Assembly (NCBI GenBank): GCA_000934665.2
Contig: KZ539078.1
Location: 1-34,085, forward strand
Source: Catajapyx aquilonaris
Taxonomy: Eukaryota
Direction: 5' to 3'
DNA: 34,085 bases
A model generated the notes under the pieces. The model did no database searches and was not told where the DNA came from. It saw only the letters and a program-made list of their open reading frames with translations. Positions 1 through 12,300 of this stretch are shown in pieces (position 1 is the stretch's first letter; every line of letters starts with the position of its first letter). Position numbers and translations under genes: made by a program.

Positions 1-33
1 GGCGGGACAGGAAACGGGCTGGACCAATCAGAG
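1..33 (+). promoter_or_regulatory. Candidate CCAAT box (GGACCAATCAG) and GC-rich motif upstream of the ZNF gene
   Basis: CCAAT at 24-28 in NF-Y-like context, GGCGGG at 1-6, ~350 bp upstream of ATG 374. Motif match only. Confidence 0.35.
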
Positions 34-373
34 AGCCCCTTTGGCGGCACAGCTCACTTCAAAGGTTGACGCCACCTTTTCTATCTAGTCACCTTAGGGG
101 ATTCCAGCCAGTGGCGCCAGTCGCGCCACATCCACCCTTCGTGGCGGAGGGAAGGGGAACTCTCTGGGCGGAGGTCAGGTCGGTCGGGTTGTCGTTGTCT
201 GTGAGAAAGGAACAAGGAAGCCTGTTGAGTCACCAAGGATTGTCGCCGGTTGTCGAGGTCTGGTTGGAACCGAACTTGGAAGGAGGATAATATTGTTGCC
301 AGCTTTGGTCTCCAGACAAAGGTGCAGGGTTAGAGGAGAGTGCCCCGAGGAGAGAGAGAGACCCGGCCCAGCC

Positions 374-3300
374 ATGGAGATGCTGAAACTGGGCAGGTTC
401 CCCTGTACCCAGTGCCCCAACAGGGTGTTCAAGAGGAAGATTGACCTGATGGCGCACAGCTTCACCCACTCCAGATGGGACAGGGTCAAGGTGGAGGTCC
501 AGGAGGAGCCAGTGGAGCCGGCCACCATCACCTTCAACAGTGAGGAGGCCAAGAGAAGGTGGGAAGGAGGTGCCCTGAGGGTCAAGGAGGAGCCACGGGA
601 GGAGGAGGAGGGCAACAGCGGCCAGGCTCATCCAGACAAGGAGGAGACATCAGGGGGTGGAAGTGGAGATGGGGGCAGGCAGGACCAGGTGAGATTGGGC
701 ATGATGGGATGAGAAAGCGGGTGCCAACAGTTGTAACAGACTGAAAGACTGGACTCCAGAATCAATAGCATTGTTTTATGGTAATTTTTAGTGGAGGACT
801 CTGGATATAACAGACTTCAAGGGACTGGAAATTTTATAGCCAGGTACACAGGCCATATTATGGAAGTAAGCTGGGGCTAAGGCCGAGCGCAAATCATGCA
901 CTGTCGGTGCTATGTTGCAGCAGCTGGTTGCATGGGCAGGATGCGCACGCCTCTTACCTGCGAAGTCGCAGGGATGATGCAGGTTTCCAGCACTACTTGA
1001 AAACTCCCTCACATTGCATTTAATTTTCAACATGGCTGCGCTCAGGTTGGAGTGAATCGGGAGAATGTTCGATACAGAGTGTTGTAAGGAGGGCCGTCTT
1101 AACTTATGAGCATCCTGGCCAGTTGCCCGGGGGCCCCACGAGTGTAGCAGGTCCCATGCTAATGTTGTGACTTGCTGGCAATGAGTAAATACTAGGCTAT
1201 ACTGAACCGAAGTATGTGACGTACTGGTGGCCCATGGAACGTGGATAGTACACAAACAGTGATCAAGAATGACCTCATTCATGAACTGTGAGCATTATTA
1301 CTTCCCTAAAATTATGGAGTAGGCTACTGTAGTGCAATTCCGCGCCTGAGCTCACATCGAAATTGCATGATTTGTATCAGGTGTGCAATGTGACTTATGA
1401 TCATTGAAAAGCTGTGCATACGCATCCTGTCTCGATGCAACAAATCGGGGTGACGTCGCACCTTCATTGCATGATTTGTGTTCGGCCCTTTCAAGTCGAG
1501 GCTGTTATGTCCAGAGTCATCTGTATCACACTATTTTCATATCTGTTCCTTGAGTTGCAAAGCAGGGGGTGGATTCATCAAATGTCATAAGTCAAATTTT
1601 CGTCGTAACCATAGTTACTAATAATTAACTAACTATGGTTACTTATATTTATTATTGCCAACAGCAATTGGCAGCAATAAATATAAATGAAAAATTTGCC
1701 GCAAGTCGCGCCTTTTGCCGCGCGACATTTTTTTGTGAAATGGCCTTTACAACCAAAGAGTTCTGCTATAATTATTATACAGGGTGTTTATTGTAACTCT
1801 GTAAAGACTTTCAGGGGTAATAGAGGGGACCAAGACAAGTATTTTTGACATAGGAACCCATGTCCGGAAACGCCATCTAGAGGGGGTTCATAGACAAGGA
1901 ATGGGTGCGCTCAGACGCGTCACGCGGGCGGCGTTAGCGAGCGGACCGTTTAGTTGCTAGGTGGTGCGCGGATTGTACACAACTTCGCAATTCGCCATAA
2001 CCTGGCAACAACAGAGCCACCTAACAACTAAAGTCAGCATGCTAGGTAGCGCACAGATAATAAACAACAGCTCTGTTGTTGCCAGGTTATGGCCAAGGTT
2101 ATGGCGAATTGGGAAGTTGTGTACAATCCACGCGCCACCTAGCAACTAAACGGTCTGCTCGTTAGCGCCGCGTATTCGTTAACCCTACCTGGGCTCAGCG
2201 GGCGCGTCCGAATGCGCATCACCTACTCTCTCTCGCCGTGACGTCACAGGTGGGTGTTGGACGCGCTCTAGGCCGCGATTCAGGCCTTCGCATTCTGGCA
2301 GCAATTGAATAAATGATATAAATTGTCATGTAGTTATTTTTATTAATAAAAAACACGTTCTACTACCTACAAACCTTTATTACCTCCAAAATTAATTGCC
2401 CGTGGGAATGGCGAGTTCCTATTGGCACGCACACGGGTAGACGGGGGGGGGGGGGGNAACTGGCGCCGATTTGACGGGGAAGAGGGAAGGATCTTCAGCT
2501 TGGCAGGAGCTGCTTGTGTCAGGCACGCGACAGGCCCGTGGGCAAGCTGCCCGTGGTCAGCCCGGAAGTCTAGACCTCTGTCGCGTGCGCTGTGCGCACC
2601 CCTGGGCACATCCCTGGTTTCAGCGTTTGCCGCCCCAGATAAACACAGAGGTAAGGCCCATACTCCCATCCATAAATCCATTGCCCCGATTTTTCTATGG
2701 GCATCATTCAATTCCTGGGTGGTTCCGGCGTTTTTTTGAGTGAAAAAAGGTGTCAAGTCATAGTTATCGTTTTTTTAAAAACAAAAAATCTGTGAAACTT
2801 ACATCCAATTGAACTCTTATGGTGCAATCAGTTTCACGAGATTAAATTTAGTTATCGAGATATTAATATTTCTTTGAGGGGGTACCAAAATCACAATCTC
2901 GGGAAGATGCACTTTTTTCATAGCTTTCAATGAGTATATTTCGGGAACTGTTCTGAAAACCAATATGAAATTTTAAACTCCTGCTTCAGGAATAACGCAC
3001 TGTTATGTAATGCATAAATTCACCTTATTTAATGGTACAGTCACCCGCAAAAAAAATCTCGAATCTTGCATATTTTGGTCAAAATGCGCATATTTCGCAA
3101 TTTAATACACCGTCATGGTAAACGTGACTGTTGTGCTGTTTATATTTTGTGATACACTCGGTGACCCCCTAAAGTTCATGAAATAAAACCTTTGTTAGCT
3201 CCGCGTGTAGTTGAGATATGCGAGGTGAAATTATGGCAACAAGCGAAAACATGCATATTTCAAAATTTATATTCTCAAAAAAGCCATTTTTATTTTTTTA

Positions 3301-6300
3301 TTTTTATTTTTTATTTTACAAAGAAAGACATGGTATTAAATTAACTAGTGTCAAAACCCGGTATATATTTTTTATACGTCAGATATATATTGTTGTAAAA
3401 TGACAACTTTCGTCATTGTCCTACAATATGCACACTTAACTGAAATAAATATTTTCTCGAGGAAGCCATTTTAAAAATTTAATCGTTATTTTTCGTATAA
3501 CAAAGTAGCATGAGTTCTATTATAAAATTATATCAAAATGCGGCATATAGTCTATTATTTTGTATTCAGTCAGATACGAAAATATTTCGCAGCGGTGATT
3601 TTTGTTTCTATGCAACAACATGCTGCTCATTTCAAAAATTAATATCTCGAAAACATCATTTTTAATGTGCAATTTTGTTTATATTTCATAAAGGAAAGAC
3701 CGGTTCTGTCATAAAATGATATAAAAACCTGGTATAGATTCTTGATGATACAAATTTATGAAAAGTTGTATTTTTGTATACATGTACGGTATATTTTTGA
3801 AAATTCTACACTTCTACCATCAACGATATTTGAGATATGCCTCGCAAAAAAAAAACGTCCCAAGATCCCCAACAATGAAGAGTTCAAAATCAACAAGAGG
3901 CTCTTACTTGTAGGGACTACCGTCCCTACAATTTTATGTGCTATGTGATTGACNNNNNNNNNNNNNNNNNNNNNNNNNNNNNNNNNNNNNNNNNNNNNNN
4001 NTTTTTTTTTTAAGATGTGGGGGGGGGGGGGATTTTGAGCCTTTTCTTTGCGAGCCATTTTTCTTTTGGCTGTTTCTCCGCAACTAATCGTGCCACAGAT
4101 GTGCTTTTGATATCAATTTACTCAGAAAGGTTGATATAATCATATTCTATGGTTAATTTAAAAACTTTAAATTTTTGCGTTAAAAATCTTATAATTGCAA
4201 ATTTTAAACATTTAATTTTCCAAAAATGCATATATTTATTTTTCGCTGATTTTGAGTTATGCTGTAGCCCTATATGTTACCTACATGGGGCCATGTCAGT
4301 CATGTTGGCTAGTATAATACGAAAGAAGATTTGGCCTCTTAATTGAGACCCCCTCCATATGTCATTATGATGGGTACACCCAACATGCAAATCGCCCCAC
4401 CTTGCTCAGTGCAATTGTTGATATTCAAGTTGGGATGACCACTGGTGAGAGCAACACATTTAAGACTCATTTCAGTCATTTGGTAGCCCCCATCACCCTC
4501 CCCCAACCGAACCCATGCCTCCCACCCCCCAAACACAAATTGATAAAGCGTTGCAGACATTTTATCGCTCTTAGGGTTACACACCGTACATGAAATAAAT
4601 AGGAATAAGTTCCTGTGGTACGACACCATAGTTGTAACAAAGGACATCCACGCAAAAATGTAAAATTTTAAAATTAACCACAGAATACGATTTTATCAAC
4701 CTTTCTGAGTATATTGATATCAAACGCACATCTGTGGCACAATTAGTTGCGGAGAAACAGCGAAAAGAAAAATGGCTCGAAAATAAAAGGCTCAAAATTA
4801 CNNNNNNNNNNNNNNNNNNNNNCCCCCCCCCCCCCCCCCAAATGGTAAAAGTCAAAAAAATTTCAAAACGCTTTGGTACAACCTCAGTTCAATCCCATCC
4901 CAATAGCAGTGATTCAGCGATGGGGTGCAATTCACACACGGCATGCAATACCCTGCTTGAGGGTTTGCCTGTTACCTATTATGGCCGTTTTGCTACTGTG
5001 CGAGAGGAGGAGAAGTGCAATGCTGGCACAAGGGTGGTGTTGCGAACTGCTCTGACGTGTCTAGAGGATGTCACGGAGTGGCTGCAAGAGTATGAGATGC
5101 AAACTAGCACGAAGTGGATAGTGAAGGAAACCTTTCCCGGCGTTAAAAGGTAGGAAACGAAGTACCGTATTAGTTTCCTGAATATAAATAAATAATTTAA
5201 TGCTGTTGTCATTTGTCAAAAATTAAATCACTGATGGTGAACCTTGGACTGTTGTATTCAGGCCATGGTGTGATCTAGACACAGCATTCAGCGGAGAAAC
5301 TCAATCTGTTATGTTAGATTCATGGCAGTGATTTTCCCCTACAGGTACATTTTCCACAAGAAGTGGCTTTGCCAACATAGCTCAAAAAACAAGAAAAAAG
5401 AAGACATGGCATGTTCTAAGCCTCGCTTCACTGGGAGAAATGCTCACTGCCCAGTAACACTGGACATTCACGTGAAGAAGGACACTGGGGATACAAGGAA
5501 AAACGATGGGATATTTTTACTCAAGCATGGGATGCAGGGAGTAATAACGATACAAAACAATCATTCACACGCATTGAAATCTGCAGATGCCTTGAGATTG
5601 CTTCGCCCCGGATCTGATTTAAAAGGAAATTTGTTTGAAATGTTTTCTGATGGACTCTCGCCATCACAGGCACGTGCACTACACGAAAGCAAATTGCTTA
5701 TGCAGGATGATGCCTATGAGTTGATAGCTAATGGTGCTGTGAACCCACAAGAGAACATGGTGAGCAAGTGGCACCAGGAGTGGAGAGAGAAAAATTACGG
5801 GGCACAAATTAATCCCATCGAAAAGGTGCAGGAAAAGATTCCATCGTACAAAGAGCGAGGTAAAGTTACATACTAGTTGGAAAGATCGCCTTCAGAAGTA
5901 ATAAAAGTCAAGCTTAATTGGTAAATTTTTGTGTGTTGCAGGGTTTGATGTGGTTGTGAGCGACAATGGGCCATGGGCTATCCTGGTAGTCACGCCCATA
6001 ATGAGGAGAGCGCAACAGCTCCAATCATCCTCGGAGATCATTTTTATTGACTCAACAAGCAGTGTTGATGCCACATCATCAACATTAACAACGGTTCTCA
6101 CTGCAGCCAAAGGAGGAGCAGTACCACTCTGTGCCATCATCCATGAGAGCCAGAGTACAGAAGGTTACATGGCAGGCTTCCAACTGTTGAAGGACACATT
6201 TCCAAACACCTTTGGAGGAAAACTGGTAAGTGATATGAAAAATGAGTGACATGAATGGTTCCAATTATTAAGGCTTATTCATGACATCAGGATCACTAAT

Positions 6301-9300
6301 TATTTTAATTGCTTTCTAGGCTCCTGGTATCTTCATGACCGACAATTCCGATGCTGAGAAAGGCGCACTTCATGCAATATTCCCTGATGCGCGTCAGCTG
6401 CTGTGTCATTTTCACATCGGACAAGCAGAGTGGCGATGGCTAACCAGTGTGAGGAACAAGGTTCCACAGGATGATCGGCCAACATACTTTGAAAAATTTA
6501 AGAAGGTACTTGCATTTAAAAATCTGATGGGCCCGGTTGAATCATTAATATAGCACAAAGCAACAGATAGTTCCATTGCATCACTTATTGCTGTTCATGG
6601 CTAGTAGGCTACGTGTTCTAATAACATACTACTCGTAGTAGTAGGTTCAATTCTTTATAAATATTTGTCGCTCCCTCAGATCATGCACTCAACTTCAGAA
6701 GAAGAACTCCAAACAAGCATTGATGAATTCTTCTTAATTGTGAAGAATGACGGTTATGCTGACAGGGTGAGAAAAATGCTTGAAGGGGCCGAGATAACGG
6801 AGTGGGTGTGCTTGTTTCGTATGGAATGGTTTTCCCGAGGACACAATACAAACAATTTTGCAGAGGCATGCATCAGAATATTCAAGGATGTAGTGTGTTG
6901 TCGCATGAAAGCCTTCAATCCGGCTGCTCTTGTGGATTTTGTCATCAGTGTTTGGGAGCCATATCTTGAGAGGCGATTACTGGACTTTGCCCACAACCGA
7001 CGTGCAGCTCCAAGATTGTTCTATTCCAAGCTTCTGAATCGTATACCCAGTGGAATTTCAGAAAAAATTATTCCCATCAACTGTAACACATATTATGTGC
7101 CTAGTGTCCAAACTAGCGACTTGCACTATGAGGTGAGGGCTGATATTGGCTACTGTACATGTCCAAGTGGAGCACAAGGTGCATTTTGTAAGCACCAAGC
7201 AGTAGTCCATGACAAGTATGGTGGATTATTCCCAAATGCCCCTGCAGCAACATGGCAGGAACGATATGCTCTAGGAAAGCTGGCATTAGGATCAAAATGT
7301 CCTGCTCCTGAATTTTTCCTAAGCATATTAGATGACCAGAATCCGAATGAGACTCCACAGCCAAGTGACACATCAGAAGAGATAGAGTGTGGAAACCAGT
7401 GGCAGTCAGAGACGTCACCTGAGGTATAAGTTTCTTCCTTTTTTTTCCTCAATTGAAAATTTATTTAATGGATGCTAATGCTATACAGTATATGTGTTTC
7501 ATTTTCTTAGGGTAATTCTGCACAAGAGCAGCCTTCTGCAAACAACGAGAAGCTTCAGGAGGAACTCAATAACGAAGTCCGCAGGATTTTTGCCCTAGTA
7601 AAAGATGAACAAAATATCAATAACTCTGCTGGTCCTGTGCTGTTAAAGAAACTGAAATCCATCAAATCCACTGACCTTGCTATGGCAGCTATTGTACGAA
7701 TGAAAGCTGCCGTGACAGGAGTGACAACAAAGAGAAGCGGAATAATACGTGCACAGCCGGAATCTCTGAAGCGCCGCAGAGAAGGCATTGCTAAAGGCAG
7801 CAAGCGTGTTGCTGCTGGCCGGCCACGAGCTTTGCGGGAGCCCGTGAGAAAACAGGCACGTGTGAGGCCACACAAGTTAAGCTCCAGCGTGGAAGCTAAT
7901 GTCCCTCACGTGCGTTAGTGATGGTAGGCTATATTAACCCAGATTTGCGGCAGGATATTTTCCTGAGTTTTAATTAACATTAGGCTACTTCTCATCACGA
8001 CCAATTTAATTTTTCAATTTTGTCATTTTCATTTATTCTCAGGAGGCACCGTATTACCCGCCAATGCACAGAAGCAGTGATAAGGTCGGACCAGTAGTGC
8101 CTGTTCCTGTGACAACACCCCCAGTGACAGTGGTGGCAAGACAGTTTCTGCTGCTCCCACCCCAGCTCCCCCTCCTCGTCACTATAAGCAGTGTGATTCG
8201 TGAAGCCTTGACATTCACTGGTATCAATCCAGATGAGGAACAGCCGAACAGGACGCATCATTGAGGAGGATCCCGTTCCAGAAACCCCAGTATCTGTTAC
8301 CCCAGCCATCTGTAATTGTTGAACAATTTGAAACTGAAGCCCCAGCACAAGAGGAAGTACCTCCATCCACTCCAACTCAGGTTACCCCAAATGAGGCAAA
8401 AAGCCATGGTATCAGCCATATCAGAGTGCTGAAAAATGTTGGAAACAATGGGAGTGGACCCTGCAATTTTGGTGAGGATGATGGTGAATTGCATAGCACC
8501 ACGAGTTGACAGAGCAATTGAGTCTATTGGTGGATACAGGCCCAACACAATAACCAGGAGGCATTCTGGAGGTTTTGAGAATCAAAGTAACACAGAGAGT
8601 GTGATAATGATATTTCAATGCCAACTTAATCTGAAGAATGCAGGGTGGTTCCCCCGGTGAGGTTGAAAATCTTGCCTCAGCATGTAAAATCCAGAAAGAG
8701 GCGTAACACTATAGTGCAAGTTTGGAGAAAGGGAAGGTAGAATTCAGACCGCGTACAAACATGAGTGTGAGCAATGCCACAAATGGAGCTGTGGAGGGAG
8801 GCTATCACAGCCACATTTTTACAAAATGTTGAAATGGCTGCAAGGGATTAGCTGGGGAAATCTTTCACCACCACCCAGATGGTATTTGAATGACCAAAGG
8901 CTCGCATTAAGGGTACGTTGGGAAAGGGATATGCAGTTTCTTTCTACTTTTGTTAATATTGAATGACTTATTGCTCCATGACAAATGAGCGTGGGCCCAA
9001 AAAATATATTGTATACAGGGTTTTTTTTTGTCTTGGGCATACAAGTCCGGTGACTAATTTTTGTTCTTAGGGGTTTCTAAAGCGTAGAAAGTGTTTCACT
9101 ATGCAACAGACACTCGCATTATTGTAAAGGTCTTGCGTCGTCTGAATACAGAATTATTTGCACATACACATAGCAGTATTTTCATAACTGCAAATAAAGG
9201 GGAAACAGTCATTGGGCCAATGACTGTTTCCCCATTATTTGCAGTTATGAAAATACTGCGTGCTATGATTGTGTATGTGCAAATAATATTCTGTATTCAG

Positions 9301-12300
9301 AGTAGCCTATGGTAGAAGCAAATATTTTATATGAATTTAATTCCAATGAATTTTTGCATTCAATACTTCCTTGCCATCACCCAAGTCATTTGCAAACACA
9401 TACATACGTATGTACTAGTTACATATATTTTTATATGCACATGATACCCAGGTTTTTTTTCATGTGGCATTTTTTACGATTTTCCACGACTGCTAGTCAA
9501 TGGTTCATTACAATATTATACAGGTCCTAAGAACTTGCCTAAGAATGTAATGTACGATTTGTTTTGTATTAAAACATTTCATTGAATATACAGTGGATAT
9601 CGAGGGTGATAGCTCAGAAGGGCGTATGAGCCTGTAAGGAAATTTTACATGAGAGGGACAAAACTTTTCATTATTTCAATATTCATTAAAAATTTGTAAC
9701 TTTTTTGTGCAGCACACACACGTTTCAATGCAGATAAGATGTGTGTTGCACAAAAAAATTACAAAATTATAATGAATATTGAAATAATGAAGAGTTTTAT
9801 CCCTCTCATGTAAAATTCCCTTACAGGCTAATACGCCCTTCTGAGCTATCACCCTCGATATTATGAAATGAGTTCAGATTTTATTGACTTGTTGGGTGTG
9901 TGATGGCATATTGGCACCTGTGGATTCTGAATGTCCTACTCCTACTGATCCAATTTCAGGTCCCCTACCACTCTACCAGCAGACTGAACCTTTCCATCCC
10001 GACCGTTCTTAGCATGCTTTTCATAGGTGGCCTATAGGTATAGTCTACTGTTCCCGCTGTTGTATGAATCAAGGTTTAACATTATATTTTCACTGCCTAT
10101 TGTCATAACACTAATCGTGGTGTTTCAGTGAACTTTTGACTTCATTTACATGGCATTTAATAATATTTTATAATTAGGGATTTAAAAGTTGAAGCAGCAT
10201 CATATTCGAAACATGAAGCTGCATACGGTATAATTATTTCCTGAGTTTAAAATTCACACACCTGTGTCATCTTAAACATCTGAATCAATATGGAGCAGGT
10301 TTGAACTTGCATCATTAGCTGGGACTCTACTGAAGCACCCGTGGCTACTGCCAGCACTTTAGTGAACCTTAACTTTATGCAAAAAAAATAATAATAATAA
10401 TAATAGAGTTCGGCTTCTGCTGCCTGAATCGTGTCCTAGAGCGCGTCCAACACCCACCTGTGACGTCACGGCGAGAGAGAGTAGGTGATGCGCATTCGGA
10501 CGCGCCCGCTGAGCCCAGGTAGGGTTAACAAATACGCGTTAGCGCCTCCCGCGTGACGCGTCTGAGCGCACCCGTTCCTTGTCTATGAACCCCCTCTAGA
10601 TGGCGTTTCCGGACACGGGTTACTAGGTCAAATATGTTTGTCTTGGTCCCCTCTATTACCCCTACAAGTTTGTCCCCCCAATTCATTTACACCCTGTAGA
10701 AGGGAAGGGGGGCTTCCTGCCAGAGGCTCTTCCCTGTTGGGTCTGATTGGAACAATACACAGCTTTAATCTTACCTGAATACCTTTACTGAGTACACCTT
10801 TTGAGCTAGCTTGGTCTCGGATCCAAGTCCAGGGTTCGTCACACCAATAACTGAAAAAAATTATCCGAAAAAGGCCCCATTTTCAAAATGTAGCGTTATT
10901 TTCCCTTCCCATGGTATTTCGCAATTTGGCTGAAACTTGATATGCAGTGTTTTGGCATCCTGTTAGATCATTCATTGTTAATTATAATCAGTAAGGTCAA
11001 TATTTTTCATCTTCTCATTGCAGATATTGGAACCCTTCATTTTGATGTACCAGCTTCTCTACTGTGACCATTGCAACGGTGCATTTGCCACAAAGAAGGG
11101 GCTGGAATTGCACATGTTGAGGAAGCACATTTATCCAGAGCTTCAGGTAAAGCAATATATCAAGGTGTTAGTTCTTTTAGTTAGGTTAGGTTATGTTAAT
11201 TAGGTTCAAATCAAACCAGTGTGTATTGTATTAGTCACTATTAGTAGGGTACCCATTTATTACAGTGGAATAATTGAGGAATGAATAATTGAATGAATGG
11301 TAGAATTGGTTCAATCTGGGTAAACTGTAATCAGTGAGCTAAGGCAGAGGGTCTGAAAATGCTCTGTGCTGACAGGAACCATGGCTTGGAACTTGTATGA
11401 CAGAGAAAGGCCTGTTATGGTCTGAATAAGGGTGTGAGCCAGACAGTATTTCATGACATTATTTATTATGCAATGTATTCAATCGAACAGACATTTGTGC
11501 ATGATGCATCAAAGTTGTTGAGATTATAAAGCAAACTTGTATTGTGTTCAATTTTGAAATGCGATCATAAGGTAGCCAAATAATTTTCATTGGTAGGGAA
11601 ACAAACACTGGTTCCCAGAGCAAGAGGACACCAAATGAAATATTAAGTTGCAGAGGAGGTGACATAACTAAAATCCTCTTCTAGACTGAATCCTATTTGA
11701 GACACTGAATAATAAATTGACCAATAAAAAGCTAATATAAAATACACAAATTATTATGCACTGCTTTCCGGTAGTTCTTTTTGCTTCTGCTGTAAAACTG
11801 TAGGACTGTAGGCTGAGAAAATGACCTTAGTACAAGTAAATGACAGTTAACACAACTGATACAATTATGATATCTTATACAGGAAGTCCTGTGTTATGCC
11901 GGTAATTGTCTCCAGCAACACTATATATTATGGTGGACCACTGCAAAAGTAATCTAGCATGAATTCTTGTAATGACAATTAGCGAGGATGAAAGGGATCA
12001 GGTGGCCCATTGCACATGAAATGCCCCAGTAATTATCTTGTGTGATTGTAAAACCATGTCCCAACATCTCCCTTCATGTACACTTGCATTTATTTCAGGG
12101 AAATGGTGCTGAAGGCAACATCCAGAATGGGACCCGGCAAGACATGCACAAAGGGAGACACTTCGGGAGGAAGGTTTGTCATATTTGCAAGAGGAAGTTT
12201 AGTCGCTGGAGTCATTTGCAAAATCACATGAGAACCCACACTGGGGAGAAGCCATACAGTTGCAAGGTTTGTGAGAAAAAGTTTAGTCTTTCAGGAAGTT

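Larger units (their letters stand above)
1780..10696 (+). mobile_element. 8.9-kb DNA transposon (or nested/composite element) carrying a Mutator/MULE transposase; long TIRs, TA flanks
   Basis: 1780-2285 (minus the MITE at 1939-2160) is the reverse complement of 10422-10696. Termini are CAGGGTG...CACCCTG, flanked by TA at 1778-1779 and 10697-10698. A transposase gene lies inside. Confidence 0.85.

Noticed and set aside
788..1282. 164-aa minus-strand ORF
   Set aside because: No recognisable motif or splice context; it lies in the ZNF intron and is probably a chance ORF.
1957..2149. Mirror-image 62-aa ORFs on both strands
   Set aside because: An artefact of the palindromic MITE.
4734..4919. 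N-terminal extension of the transposase ORF (MAQLVAEK... / MVKVKK...)
   Set aside because: It runs through an inverted-repeat arm, an N-gap and a poly-C tract; ATG 4920 is a more plausible start.
10699..10846. Possible LTR end (minus-strand TGTGACGAACCC with CCAAT)
   Set aside because: No matching other end, TSD or internal retroelement sequence was found.
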